A stretch of 64,000 nt of DNA from Lama glama. Its lineage: Eukaryota. The stretch covers positions 60,514,001 to 60,578,000 of the forward strand of contig CM052817.1 in the NCBI GenBank assembly GCA_028534125.1, written 5' to 3'. Shown here in pieces: positions 13,251-25,730 of the stretch. Under the pieces are notes generated by a model. It did not search any database, was not told where the DNA came from, and saw nothing but the letters and a program-made list of their open reading frames with translations. The position numbers were made by a program, and so were the translations under genes. Position 1 is the first letter of the stretch. Each line of letters begins with the position of its first letter.

Positions 13251-13414
13251 ATTGATACTTCATTAATCTCACACACAGTCAATGCTAGAAAGTTCCTCAT
13301 GGAATCAAACCTCTCTAAAAGAAAGGATAACTCTCTACTACACATAAGTTCATTTTGAAGCTAGCAAAGAAATTATAAGTTAGAATTTAGGCAGAATATA
13401 TTGTAAATTAAATA

Positions 13415-13660
13415 AGTTGGTTAAGAATGTGGGCAGTGGAATTAGGACCATTTTACATGGATAGGAATCCCTGCTCTACCACTTGAAGCTCTTGAGTCTG
13501 GTTAATAAGTTAGTTAACACCACTGTATCTCTTATATTTCTGCACAAGAAACATAATGCCATCAAACTCAGAGAACTGTGGTGAGATTACATGAGATCAT
13601 GTGTGCACAGCGCTTAGAGCAGTGCCAGGTCCATAGTAAGCTTTTGATTAATGTTAGCCT
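13415..13660 (+). mobile_element. MIR SINE
   Basis: ggttaagaatgtggg ... gtgagattacatgagatcatgtgtgcacagcgcttagagcagtgccaggtccatagtaagc ... aatgttagc. Confidence 0.8.
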
Positions 13661-13869
13661 GAGTTAATAATCACAGTGTGACAAGAAAATATTCAGAAGC
13701 AATTAGTCATTTGCACATGCAAAATATTGTATAGTGTTATTTTAAATATTAATAGCACAATTAATAATAGCCTTATTAGCAAAAAAAAAAAGACAAGAAC
13801 GCAAAGACTTCTAACAGCCTAGTATTATAAGCACTGAATAAATATTTGTTAAATGAATAAATAAAACAT

Positions 13870-14400
13870 TGTTTTCTTGAAGAGTTATGTTCACCTTGTT
13901 AATTTTTGAGAAAATACCCACTAAATATGTAAGAATAACCCTTATGGTTGCAAGTAGATCTTTCAAGGTGAAAATAGAATTCTATGAGAAAAGTAGCTAG
14001 TTTAGCTTGCAAGGTGCGTAAGTGCTTTTCCTCATGACAACTATCATGCTTGTAAGTAGCAGAATTGCTCTATGTATACCTAGAATGTTAAAAGATATGT
14101 ACTCAGGGTCAAGTTAAATAAAAGTAATAATATGTAATGTTTCATCAAAGCCATTTTTGATTTTTTTTTTCTTTTAAACTGGGAGCACTCAGTACTGGAG
14201 AATGTCACATCCCCAGGATGGTTGGTACCTGTCCTTGATCTGTACTGAAGTGCGACACTTCACTCACCACTGTTTTTTCTCCAACGGTGCAAATGTCAAT
14301 ACAGCAAAAAGGGCAAATAAATCCTTGGATTATTATGAAAATATTTGGGGCCTTGAAGAACTCTTACAGAGGTTTTGGGATTGCACTTTGAGAATTGCTG
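13870..14400. mobile_element. Charlie1-type hAT DNA transposon fragment with one terminus
   Basis: aaaagtagctag, aagtgcttttcctcatgacaac, atgtactcagggtcaag, gtgcaaatgtcaatacag, terminal cactttgagaattgctg. Confidence 0.8.
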
Positions 14401-14705
14401 GCCTATAAATACAAAACTTATCTAAATATAAATATGAAGCATTTCATAATAAGAAACAAATGTTATTTTTTTTTAAAAGATGTTAAATGTTTAACCCAAC
14501 TGACCTAACTTCCCAAACAACCTCTTTTGGATGTATCATTTATTAATTTATCTCAACTATTTAAGTACAGTTTTATATGTTTCATGTCTAATTATTTGGA
14601 TGGTAGTAAGATCATACATCGTTTAACTTTCAAAATGAAAGAGTTCAGTTATTCTCTGATTTGATCCCTTTTTAAGTTTAAACTGAGATTTGTTAGTCTT
14701 GTTTT

Positions 14706-14900
14706 GGGGGAGGGTATAGCTCAAGTGATAAGAGTGCATGCTTAGCATGCACGAGGTCCTGGGTTCAATCCCCAGTACCTCCTTTAAAAATGAATAAACC
14801 TAATTACCTCCCCTCCCCACCAAAATTAAATAATCAAATAATACAATAATTTTTAAAACGTTAATACAAAGAACAGCCAATTACAAATAATTAAATAAAT
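14706..14900 (+). mobile_element. Camelid tRNA-derived SINE (Vic-type) with extended A-rich tail
   Basis: GGGGGAGGGTATAGCTCAAGTG...GCATGCTTAGCATGCACGAGGTCCTGGGTTCAATCCCCAGTACCTCC with Pol III A and B boxes, then aataaacctaattacctcccc and an A-rich tail. No clear TSD. Confidence 0.9.
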
Positions 14901-16361
14901 TTAAAATGATTGAATAGATGCTTTATACACATTGAATGTGTTTTAGAATCATAGTTACCCTTAAGAAAATTATATGTTGATAATGATAACATAGAATACA
15001 GATGAATGGTGGTTATCATCTTATGGATTTATTTTAAAACTGCAACTTCTAAATTGAAGATTCTGGGTTTTTTTGTTTGTTTGTTTGTTTGTTTATCAAA
15101 GTACCACACAAGCAGGTTTTTATTCTTTGTTATGTAATAAAATATACAGTTTGGTCAGTGCTTATAATATCACCACAATTATTTGATAAATTTACTATGT
15201 CTTAGGTTAACCAGCTATTTATTATTGAATTAGACTGATTACAGTCAGTTCTTTTTGTTCTGATGTTATTATTGTTGTCATGAAATGTTTTCTCCTAAAA
15301 GGCACATTCACTTAGATCATCAGTTGTCAGTCAGAAAACAAAGGATGGTAAAGTGAAAATAAAATTCATTAATTCAACTAATATTTATTGAGGGCTACCA
15401 ACAAAAGACCGTTTGTTAGAAGCTTTGAAGTGTACAAAGATGTCACTAAGTAACCTGGAACCTAGTAAAGATGTCTCAAAATAAAATAGATGAGAGGGGC
15501 TGTGAAACACACTGATAAAATCTGGAGTCAGGGGTGGGGGCGGGGAGGAATTACTCGCAAGTTGGAAAAACATGGTTTTGCTCTGAAATGATAAAATTTG
15601 TTTTTTATGTTTTTAGTTTTCAACCATACTTTAACTGTTAGATCTCTTCAATTCTCACATCGTGCATTATTAAAGGTAAACATTTTATACATGCTGTTCA
15701 AAGTATTATAAAGTTATCAAGTACAGTGCAGTCTTCCAAACATATGCTAAAACAGGGGGTAAGCAGTTGAAACAGTTTTAATGTTATCTTCTCTCTAGGA
15801 GATAAATGTAGGCAGTCAAGTGAGTAAAGCCTGAATTTTACACCATTTATTTGGAATAAATTGTGGTTAAGAGCCCCACTGGCCTCATGAGTACAGCACT
15901 CAGGGCCTCAGAAGATCTTGTCTTCCAGTTCTGTTCCATCACTACTCGGCAGAGTCACTCTAAGGGAGCAATGCAAATATAATGGCCTTTTTTTTTTTTT
16001 CCACTTACAATGTTTAATTTGTATTACACACACAGAGGTGAAAAAAATTGAAATTACAGGTAAACTTTATTTTCAAATAATTTGACTATCTGTGTATGTT
16101 CATCTTCTGTATGTTTTATGAATGTAAATATAAAAACCTAACATTTCAGTGGCAGTTTAACAAAGCACTTTATGGGACTTATGCCTATTTCCAAATAAAA
16201 CCAGCAATACATTCAACTACACAGTATTTTAAAGAGAAACTAATTATAATGGTTACTCTTGCTGAGAGACAATTCTGCATGAATATTTCATGTTACTGCA
16301 ATCTGGGCTTTCCGAACAAAAAGCTGGCAAAACTTGGTTAAAGGATGATTGAATAGCAAAC

Positions 16362-16710
16362 ATGTTCTAGAAGCTCAAAATTGTGTTGCTTCAGAGAGAT
16401 TTACAAACTATCTTCCCCAGAGCCATTTGTTTATGCTCCAGTGTGGTGAAAATAGAGACTATTTCTTTACATTCCAGAATAAGAGTTTCTCTCAGTCTAG
16501 GAGTAGATGGTCTGCTGTGCCAGCCACCCTTTGTAAGTTCTGAGTCTTACAAGTCTCCAGTGGTTCCACACTACTGTGTGTGCAGGGTAACATCAGACTC
16601 TCCCCGCATTGCCCCACAGGGATCAAAGCTAAGGAACCAGCACTAACATGCAGTGTGAGCAATAAATGACCTGTTATCTGATCCACAGACTTGTGTTTCC
16701 CGTCAGAATA
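16362..16710 (+). mobile_element. LTR40-related ERVL LTR, degraded
   Basis: ctgtgtgtgcagg ... aaggaaccagcactaacatg ... gtgagcaataaatgacctgttatctgatcc parallels the LTR40 3' half. Confidence 0.55.
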
Positions 16711-19700
16711 TCTGTCTGTCTATGGCTGGCTGGCTGTCTTTCTGTTATCTGTCCATCCATCCATCTGTCTAAACTTAGAGACTCCTACTTATATTGTTGG
16801 TTTAGATTATTTGGAAATCCTGTGACTTTCTTTTTTTCTTCTTAGCTTTAAGTGAGCCATGCCAACTGAAATAGAATTATGGTTTCATAAAGCAAATATT
16901 GCTTTTTAAGTTTTACTAATTTTATTTGAAGGTTAAGAAAATAATACTTCAAGTTAAGTACATTAATTACTCCTTATAGTCTTCTTCCCTCAATGTTTGT
17001 ATTGCATTCACACTCAGTGATCTCAAAATGATTATTAAATTGCAAAGTAGCTTTTTAAGTATGCTAATAAAGGAAAAAATAAAATATTATTGATATTTAT
17101 GTTGAGCGACTGAAAAGAAAATATGTACTTATTTTTACAAGAATAATATTTAATGTTTTAATTTCTCCATAAAAATTTTGAAATATTTTCTGATTCAGGG
17201 CAGTACCTTGAAAATAATATTTTAAATTATGCCTGTGAGACAGAACCCTGTTAATCTGCCTTATATTGACTGGGAATTTAATATATGATGAAAACTGTAG
17301 AAAAAGAATGGTGTGTAGAGACAGTTATAACGCTAATCAATCAGACAAGACAACACTGCATATACAGATAGGATCTTTACTCGAGGTATTTTTTTTCCTT
17401 AGGAAAAGTACAGGTTTTCTTTGGGAAAATTGAGATTTGGTCACACTTCAGAGCCTTTGATAAGTCCTTTGATATTCAGCAAGAAAGAAAAAGGGATGTA
17501 GCTTTTGCAAGAGAATCAGGAAAATAATACCGGTTTCAGCAAAAGGGCATTGTTTTATGTACTCTACCACACGTTACTCAGAATGTAAAGAGGCCTCTTC
17601 ATTAAACTAGAGTAAATGTATATTGTTTGAGAACAAACACAATACACATATGAAAATAGTAACTAAACTAAAATAATACAACATAGAAATTGCTTTGTAT
17701 ATATTAGTCAATAATTTTTTAAGTTGAATAGTAGGAGTGTAGTAAATAAACCACATGGGGAATGTTACTTACAGCCAAATATTTGTCCTTATAGTACCTT
17801 AAAGATATCACTCTAGTAAGCGGAGAAAGTACAGTTTGGTGTGGATGTCAATAAAGATTTTTGCAAAAGGGGATGTTTTGCTCAATTTAAACAGTGACAT
17901 CCAAGGTAATACTGTCCTATTCTAGGGGCTTTTATTTGAATGCAGTATTTGCCAGCTTTGATGGAAGTCCATATTCAAAATATGGTGGGCCACTGTGAAT
18001 GTAAAAATAATTTTTAGTAAATTTCTTTAAGAGCTTTAATCAACCGATGGATGCGGACAGTAATAGTGTTCTGATAGTTCCATAAAACAGGACACCTGCT
18101 TCCCAGTATAAGGGAGGAAGTCTTGGGGCAGTGCCTATAGAATGACAGCTATAACAAGAGCGCTTTTCTCCCTAAAAGTTGACTGCAGAACAAGGTATGA
18201 ATGTAGCTGTAAAGTTTATAGACAAGGAAATGACTAAGGTACCATATGAAAGTGAATTTAGATATTTGAAAGATTTCAGGGAGTTGATATCCAGAATTTC
18301 TGGGTGAATTTGTTTAATATGCTGATGTGTGTGGGCCAAGGGGAAGATGAGCTAAATTCAGGAGGGAGGGGATGGGAAGCTCTGGGTGAGGAGTCAGATT
18401 TGGTGGATACTTCTGGGGTAGAGTGGGGAGTTTTGTATGAGGTCCTTCCAATGCTGAGAAAGGCTTAGTTGGAGGAAGTGTGAAACCTAACCAGTGGGAA
18501 GTGAGAAAAATTTCTTAGGAATAGTGCAATTATTTGGATGTGGGAAATACTGGATAGAAAAAAATTATAAGGAGAATAATGCAAAAAAACTGTTGGACTT
18601 TAGAATGTAAATAAAAAGGAAACCAGTCTGAGGACCAAGTGAGGATGGGTCAAACCAAGGTGATGAAACAGGAGCTGCCAGCATAACATCTTATTTAATA
18701 GTAGCCTTTGTGGTGGATCAGACCTTTATTGGCTCTTGCCTGTATTGTTTAATAACTTCCTCTTGGATACAGCACACCTGTAATCCATGCATAAGACTAC
18801 TTCCAGACTCAAAAGTCTAAACCATGAGTTAATAATCTAGTCATGATTCCAGGCTCACGTGATCCAAGGGCCACATCCTCAAGCTCACTCATCTGGAATT
18901 AATCTTTCTGTTGCTTTCCCAAAGAACTTTGGTTGGATTTCCATTTCAATAATTAATTTAAATCAACATAAAGTTGTTATTTGCTTATGTACATGTCTCT
19001 AGCATGTGGTTGGAAGCTTCTTTAAGGTTATGATTCTTCTTGCTGATATTTTATTCTTAGTTTGTTTAATAAAAGCACAACTAAACAAAAGAGATTCTCT
19101 ATTTGAAGGAGAGAATGCCCAGGCTAAGCCAGAGGTAAAAATGAGTTGCAATTACCAGAATACTAGATTTCTGGTGGTTGGCTCTGGAGAAAGTCTTTTC
19201 TGATTAGGCAGAGATATGATGGTAGACTTAGAAAGAAATTTTTAATTTTTTAAACCTTTCCAAAACTGAGATTGCTCATTTTATTCATCTCAGTAGTTTA
19301 ATTTTTAAATCACCCCTTGCTATACTGAAGATTGATTTTTCAGTTCTGGAATCCAGTGAACTGTAGGGGTCAGGGGTGTGTCATTAGAGAAGAAGAGAAA
19401 GTGCAGGAAAATTGCAATCTATAGTCCACGTTCTGCAGGGCCTACCACCTAGCTATTTCCCTGAAGTGTTATTAGGAAGAAGTTAACCAAAGGTTGTGCC
19501 AAATAAAACCTTTCTGAAGAAGCTACCTTTTGCATTAGTGATTTAAAAATATATGGATGCCTTCAGCAAATTGTTGATAATCTTACATACTTTCAAGTTG
19601 ATATTTTAAAAATATTTGCTACATATTTGTAGAGGGGAAGTGATTGACTATTACTAAAAATAATATGGAAAAGCAGATTAACCTGGTATTTCATGTTCTA

Positions 19701-20989
19701 AATAGAATCAACATTCTGGCAAACTGGCAAATATGTTTCCCTTTTTGAGTTTCCAGTTTTTTTCTTGTTTTCTTTTGTGACTTTTCCCAAACCAATGACT
19801 TCTTGGTAAGTAAAATAAAGTTTAAAAGGTACATAATATAATTTAAATTGAAAAGTATTTGTTTTTTAAAAATAGCCTGGCTTTTGGTAATTTTTGGACT
19901 GAGAATTTTGGCAGCTGTACCTGCCTCCTGGCTTCCAGTTAGATATGTCGATATATGAATCTCCACATCCCATTTCTCAGATAACCTTGATTTTGGAATA
20001 AAAGCATCTTGTGTGTTAGATTCAGTATAGGTCTCTTGAGTCCAATCCAAAGAATTGATGACACTTCTGATCATGTTTACTCAAGATCCTTGCGGTGTCT
20101 TTCTGAGTGATCAAGTAAACATAGACAGGGAAGTGGAGGTACAAAAAATTGTGTTTTTAAAGAGGTCTAGAATCGTATTTTTCCCGGAAAGGGAATAATA
20201 CTAACAATAAATGACTTTAAATGCCCTCTTATCTGGCAAATATTCTACAAAATGCTTTAGCTTCTTAATTTTCTCTTGCCATTTTCTTCCTTTCTTACCA
20301 AATTGATCTAAGCTACCTTAGAATTTATCTCAGCTCACTGCCCTTCACAGTTTATTTAAGCGATCCTTGTCTGAGCTGACCTTTAGCCTGCTTTGTCGAT
20401 GATTCTCCCTAGACTTCTCCTATTTGATTTTTGATCCTGAAAGTCTTGAATCATATTGCTCAATTAATAGCTCCAGATCTTAATCAGAGAATGTAAACTA
20501 TTTTGCACGGTAATTGCCTTGAGTCTCAAAAAAGGAAAAGAAGAGAAAAATAGTCAGTTTACCTTAAATATAATCATCAACTTTCCAAATTGCTGATAAT
20601 GATTTTGTGATCAACTAAAACCAGTTGAAATAGTCCTACATTTCTCTGAAAGGTACATGATAAAGAATATTCATAAAGAAAAGGGAAAACTGCATGACTT
20701 TACCACCACTTTTACTTCCAGATGTCTTTTGATTCTCTTCAAACTAATTTTGCACACACAAATACGAACCCCATTGTATTAAGTAACTTCTGGATTTTTT
20801 TCAACTTTTTTGCCAGAGGCCTGTTCACATTATACATGCAGGTCTTGCTGGCAATTCAACATAGTAACTCGACTGAGTTCTGCCAAAGAATAACTGTTCC
20901 ATTAAGATGCAAAATCTTGAACATCTTCCTCAATTTCACAGATTACTTATCAGAGTATATAATGTAAATAGCTGTAACACCAAAAAGCC

Positions 20990-21130
20990 CCCTCCTCCAG
21001 GAACAGGGCCTGACCGGAAGTGGTCGTTTGATTTCGGGTCCTTTGACAAAGCGCACCTGCAGCCTGCTTTATTGTTTCACCTAAGCTGTGTTTTGTGGTC
21101 ACCAGAAGTGGCCGCATGACTTGTGAACAG
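20990..21130. promoter_or_regulatory. Candidate enhancer: motif cluster around a consensus ETS site
   Basis: ACCGGAAGTG 21013-21022, CCTTTGA 21040-21046, CACCTG 21054-21059, ATTGTT 21071-21076, TGTGGT 21094-21099, several retained CpGs, no recognisable repeat. Motif evidence only. Confidence 0.35.
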
Positions 21131-21769
21131 ATTACAGCTCCAAATCCATTCTATTCTGTTTCCCGGGTTCACATTCATTTCCATGAGAATTAGTGGCTTG
21201 ATAGAACAGCAATTTTTTTTCCTGCTGCTGATCCTGGTGGATTGAAACATCTCCAGAACAAGCCACTGTTTCCATATTATGCCAGTTTTACACTCAGTAG
21301 AAGTGGACTTTGGAGGCTGTTTCAACGCTCCTTATTTAATGAAGGCAGGGAAGGGTTTCTGTTTCCATACATTGTTAAAGGATTTCTAAAGTCTAAAAAT
21401 AGATTTGAATACATTTGCATAATGGAGAAAGGCAGTGATGAGAAAGGAAAAGAAAAAAAGTGAAATTAAGTACTTTGTGACTGTTTTGGAGAAGCTACTG
21501 GAAATCAGACTTTCTTATAGTGTATATAAATGGTTTGTCACCAGTGAAATAAGAATTTTGCCAAAATGATTCTCACAACTATAAGCAATTGAAGTGTTGC
21601 TTTCCTGACTACATCACTTAATGAAAATAGCATGGTACAAATTGTGCCAGGAAATTTCATCTTGAAATCTGAGAGTAGGTAAGAGTTCATATCTAAAATA
21701 AATAAATGGTTCCTTAGCTACACACAGATTTTTAACAAAGGGCCATCCAATCTACAATATCCGACCCTC

Positions 21770-22030
21770 ACCCTGCCCCACCGCATACTTACCTCCTCTG
21801 TTCCTTCTCTGCGTTGTTTTTACTTTAGCATGTTATGTGTTTTACCCACCAAACAACGTGGTGTGTGTGTGTATTTATGCACGTACATATATTATTACTG
21901 TCCGAATTTCCCGTCGTACTGCAGGCTCCTAAAGGGCAGGGATGTTTTCTTTTGAACTCCCTGCTGTTCCTGCAGTTCCTAGAGCAGACCCTGGCGTATC
22001 ACCGTGCTCAGCCAGTGTCTGCTGAGTGAG
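21770..22030 (+). mobile_element. L2 3' end
   Basis: ggctcctaaagggcaggga ... gttcctagagcagaccctggc ... gtgctcag ... gctgagtgagtg. Confidence 0.65.
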
Positions 22031-22539
22031 TGCAACTGAAGACTCTGCTGCTGCAGAGGGAAGCCTGGGGAGGCCTGTGATACTTCTTTTCCAAAGAACG
22101 AAAGATGCCCATCACTTAGAGTGCGAGGCCCTGGCTTTGGAAAATGAGGCCCGAGATCCATGCAACCTAGTGTGCCTGGGGCAGCTTTCCTCACAGTGAG
22201 ATCAGCAGTCAACAGGATTCAGCAAACACCTTCCTTAAGGTAAAAGTACACAATGACACAGTAAGTGTGAGAAGGGGAAATGGACCTCCCCCTTGGTGGC
22301 AAGAGTATTTATTACTGAAGCTGTGTACAGTTGTTTTGGTATCTTGAGAATAAAACTGATAGACTTTGAACTGTTTTATTAGTTGTTTATAAATACTTCC
22401 CAGGGACTCTGTCTCCTTACTGCCTGCACAGGGCACATAGCTGCCCACTTACACCGCCACCCCCCACCTCTACCCTGTACTCCACTGGAAGGAGAGGAAT
22501 GAGATAAGATATATATTATCAATTTTATTTATCTATTCA

Positions 22540-23165
22540 ACTAATGTTTATTGGGGAGATAAAACAACAGAATTTGGTAGAGTCAAAGATGGGTAAGTAA
22601 AGGAAGGGACCTGTAAGTTTTGGGTTTGTGAAGTCAGATATATTGTCATTTATCAGAGTAGAGAATAATGAAAAATGCGCAGTTTGTGTGGAAAGTGCTA
22701 AGGTTGTTCTGGGACAGGTTGATCTGGAGATACCAGATTTCCCAAATTCATACTGTGCCATCTGTTAATAAAGCAAAGTTGAGCATTGGAAGGATATTGG
22801 GAAGTGGTCAGAAGTGTGTGATGGTGAACAGGAGCCTGTAAAGGGGGGACTTCAGGAAGTGGAACGTGATCATCAAGGACAGATGCTGTCGAATGCTCAG
22901 TAATATGAGGACTCGGAAATGTCCAGTTAGTAATTTGAAGGTCATTGTTAATCTTAGTGTGACCTATTTGGGTGAATTTTTAGAGGCAAAAAACAAACAA
23001 ACAAACAAACAAACAAAATCCAGATTAGAAAAGATGAAAAAAGGAATGAGTAGAGAGGAAACTGAAGGTACTTCAAGAATTGTAACTGAGCAAGAGAAGA
23101 GAAAGATAAGTTGGTAATTCTAGGAATATTAAGAAGTTGATTTTTCTTCAGGTGGAAGAGATTTG
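22540..23165 (-). mobile_element. L2 fragments, degraded
   Basis: aatgctcagtaatatgaggactcggaaatgtccagttag...gaaggtcattg, ggaatgagtagagaggaaactga. Confidence 0.5.
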
Positions 23166-23852
23166 AATATATTTAAATATGCATATTCTCACTCCATAAT
23201 CTTATAAAGGTAAATTTAGCCTTTCTTCTTTCTGTCCTTCCTTTCTTTGATGTACTGATTCATTCATTCATTTTATCCAACAAAGAACATAGACCTTGGC
23301 GCTAAGGAACTTACAGTCTCATGGAAGAAATATGTTGAAGGGAAATGTGAGTAGGTGTATGAATCCCCTATCCCTGTAGTGCATTAGTATAAATGTACTT
23401 TAAGTTTTTTTTTTTTAATTATTTCCCAAAGTGATGAGTTTGCATTGCTTTACAATGTAATATTCAACAAAAGATTGGATTGTGTTTTGAAGCCTCTGAA
23501 CCAAATTTCTTCCAGACATCACTGGCTCATACAGGGATAAAACTTGTGACCTGGAGCTCATTAACACCATGAAACAATCAAGTGAAGTAGTAGATACAAA
23601 CCTAAGACAAAAAAGAACAGTATTTTTTTTTTATTAATTGTGAAAGACTAAGTTGAGGGTGGGAAAATAAGATTTCCATCTGTTGAGACAATGTGCTCTT
23701 TAAGGTTCAACTGAAATTACTATTCAATCAAATCTGCTTTCATTTCAATGTTAAAAATACTCGCTTTCTCCAAACCCCTTAAAGCAGAGGTGCTATACAT
23801 GAGCCTGGATACACATAGGAAGTCATGCTGCATTCTCACATTACTAATTGGA

Positions 23853-23906
23853 TTTTTTAAACACTTTTTATTGATTTATAATCATTTTACAATGTTGTGT
23901 CAAATG
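23853..23906 (-). mobile_element. Ultra-short L1 3'-terminal insertion
   Basis: tttttattgatttataatcattttacaatgttgtgtcaaat matches the terminus of the L1 at 44488 almost exactly; TSD CTAATTGGA at 23844-23852 and 23907-23915. Confidence 0.9.
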
Positions 23907-25229
23907 CTAATTGGAATTTTGATGGATATAATATAGAAGCAAGACAAGACAAGAGCAGAGTATTTTCATTAGCTTTACTACCCATGTTTCTGCATCTTAA
24001 TCAGAGCCTTGTTAATATTTAAGCATGCATTTAAGCCCCAAGTATATAGACAATCATGGAAGTTTCATTAATAACTAAAATTTGTATAAAAGAATATATG
24101 CCAGAGACAAATACGGAGTTTAATTGGAATTACAGAAGCTTGTTTTATAGTTCAGAAGTATAAAAAAAATTGCATCAGGAAATGAACTGATGGTTCACTA
24201 CTAAGATACATTGTGGTTTATCATTCATTGAGAAAAGGTAAAATTTTATTTTAAAATCATATTTCCCCATCAGCTATATACCACTGTTTTTTTGTTTTTT
24301 GTTTTTTGTTTTTTATGTAGGGCTATTGAGAAACAGGCAAAGGGGGAAAAGATCTACAGGGAAAAGAGATTTTGACATCACCTAAAATGCCTTATATTCT
24401 GTGGATTCTGAGCTATGCAGCCTTCAAAAGGGACATTATGGAGCAGAGAGCTGTCACTTTAGAGCTGTGGCTCTTTTCTCCTTCAGCAGTCATGCTTCAA
24501 ATGGGTCCTTCTGCAGAGGAATGGCTGGAAGTAACAATCACCATTCCTCCCTCACAGCAGTGTGCCACAGAACAAAACTCCCTGGAATAATGCCAGTTGA
24601 AATGACACAATATATCTTTTCTATACATCCACTAGGATGCTTGCCTAGTGTCTTCTGTGTTCTAAAGGAGAGGATACAGTTCACTGTTACCAACTGCTCT
24701 AAATCAAGATACTGTGTGTAACTTAACTCTTTTATCAACAAGAGGAAAGATACCAGGACTTTCTAACACATAACAAACATATTCAGATTCCTATTCTTAA
24801 GATACGCTCTGACTCAAATAATTGTTTGATGCCAAAGATTTTTATGGAGATTGCATTCAACGTTAAATTTATGGAGAAGAAACATATTTTTAGAATAATA
24901 TGATAATCATTTATGAGATGTTACTAGATAGTCCCAAAGCTTTTGGGTAAAGAGACAGAAGGAATCTTTAAACCAAAACAAATTGAGTTGCTTTTGCAAT
25001 TTTAGCAAGTGGGTTGGTTTAGAATTCCTATCAGAGGTAGTAAACGAAGTTGTGACCATGGTAGGTCTTTGACCTGATGCCAAGGGCAGTCCTACACATA
25101 AACAGCTGCTATGGATAAAAAGTCTGTCTGACCCTAAACCAGGATTTCCCCTGGCCTGCCACACAGTATTGTGTCTTAGAACTACTGTGTAAGAATAAAA
25201 GCCCACAACATTCCGAGGCCCTACAAGAC

Positions 25230-25730
25230 TCAATATCGTAAAACCCCCACCTGCCTCCCCTCACCTCACATTTTATCTCCTGTTTTCTCCCCTTCCTGGA
25301 TCCTTCCTCTGCAGGCATAGGCTACCTTGCTGTTCACTGGCACACTCTTTTTACAGCCTCATTTAAAGGCCTTTGCCTTGTTTTTCCTCCACAAAATAGC
25401 TGGACTAACTCTGTTAACATCTTTCAGTGTTTCCTTATAGTTTCCCTTTCTATGGGGCTGACTCTGTCTCACTGAATTGTGCAGCTGCCTCTGTCCCAAC
25501 CCTTACCCTGTTCTAATATTTTTTTCACAGCACTTACCACTATCTAACATGAAATAAAATTTCTGTATTTGCTATGCTTATTTTTCATTGTATATTTCAT
25601 TTCCTGCATGAGACACCCTCTCACCCCATAGCATCTCTATGAGCAGGACTCAGTCTGTTTTATTCATTGTTTTATCCCAAGTGCTGAGGACTGTGTCTGA
25701 CATTAATAAATATTTATTGAATGAATGACT
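25230..25730 (+). mobile_element. L2 3' region
   Basis: cacagcacttaccactatctaacat ... gtctgttttattcattgttttatcccaagtgctgaggactgtgtctgaca ... aataaatatttattgaatgaatga. Confidence 0.85.

Noticed and set aside
14706..14782. tRNA gene-like sequence (also 37746-37820)
   Set aside because: A-rich tails, a TSD on one copy and the camelid SINE pattern indicate SINEs, not functional tRNAs.
19691..20074. 127-aa minus-strand ORF
   Set aside because: Low-complexity K/L/I-rich composition, no recognisable domain or exon context.
20056..20106. C/D-box snoRNA-like motifs (TGATGA ... CTGA ... CTGA)
   Set aside because: Only 51 nt, no purine before the C box, just 5 nt before the first CTGA, and no terminal stem.
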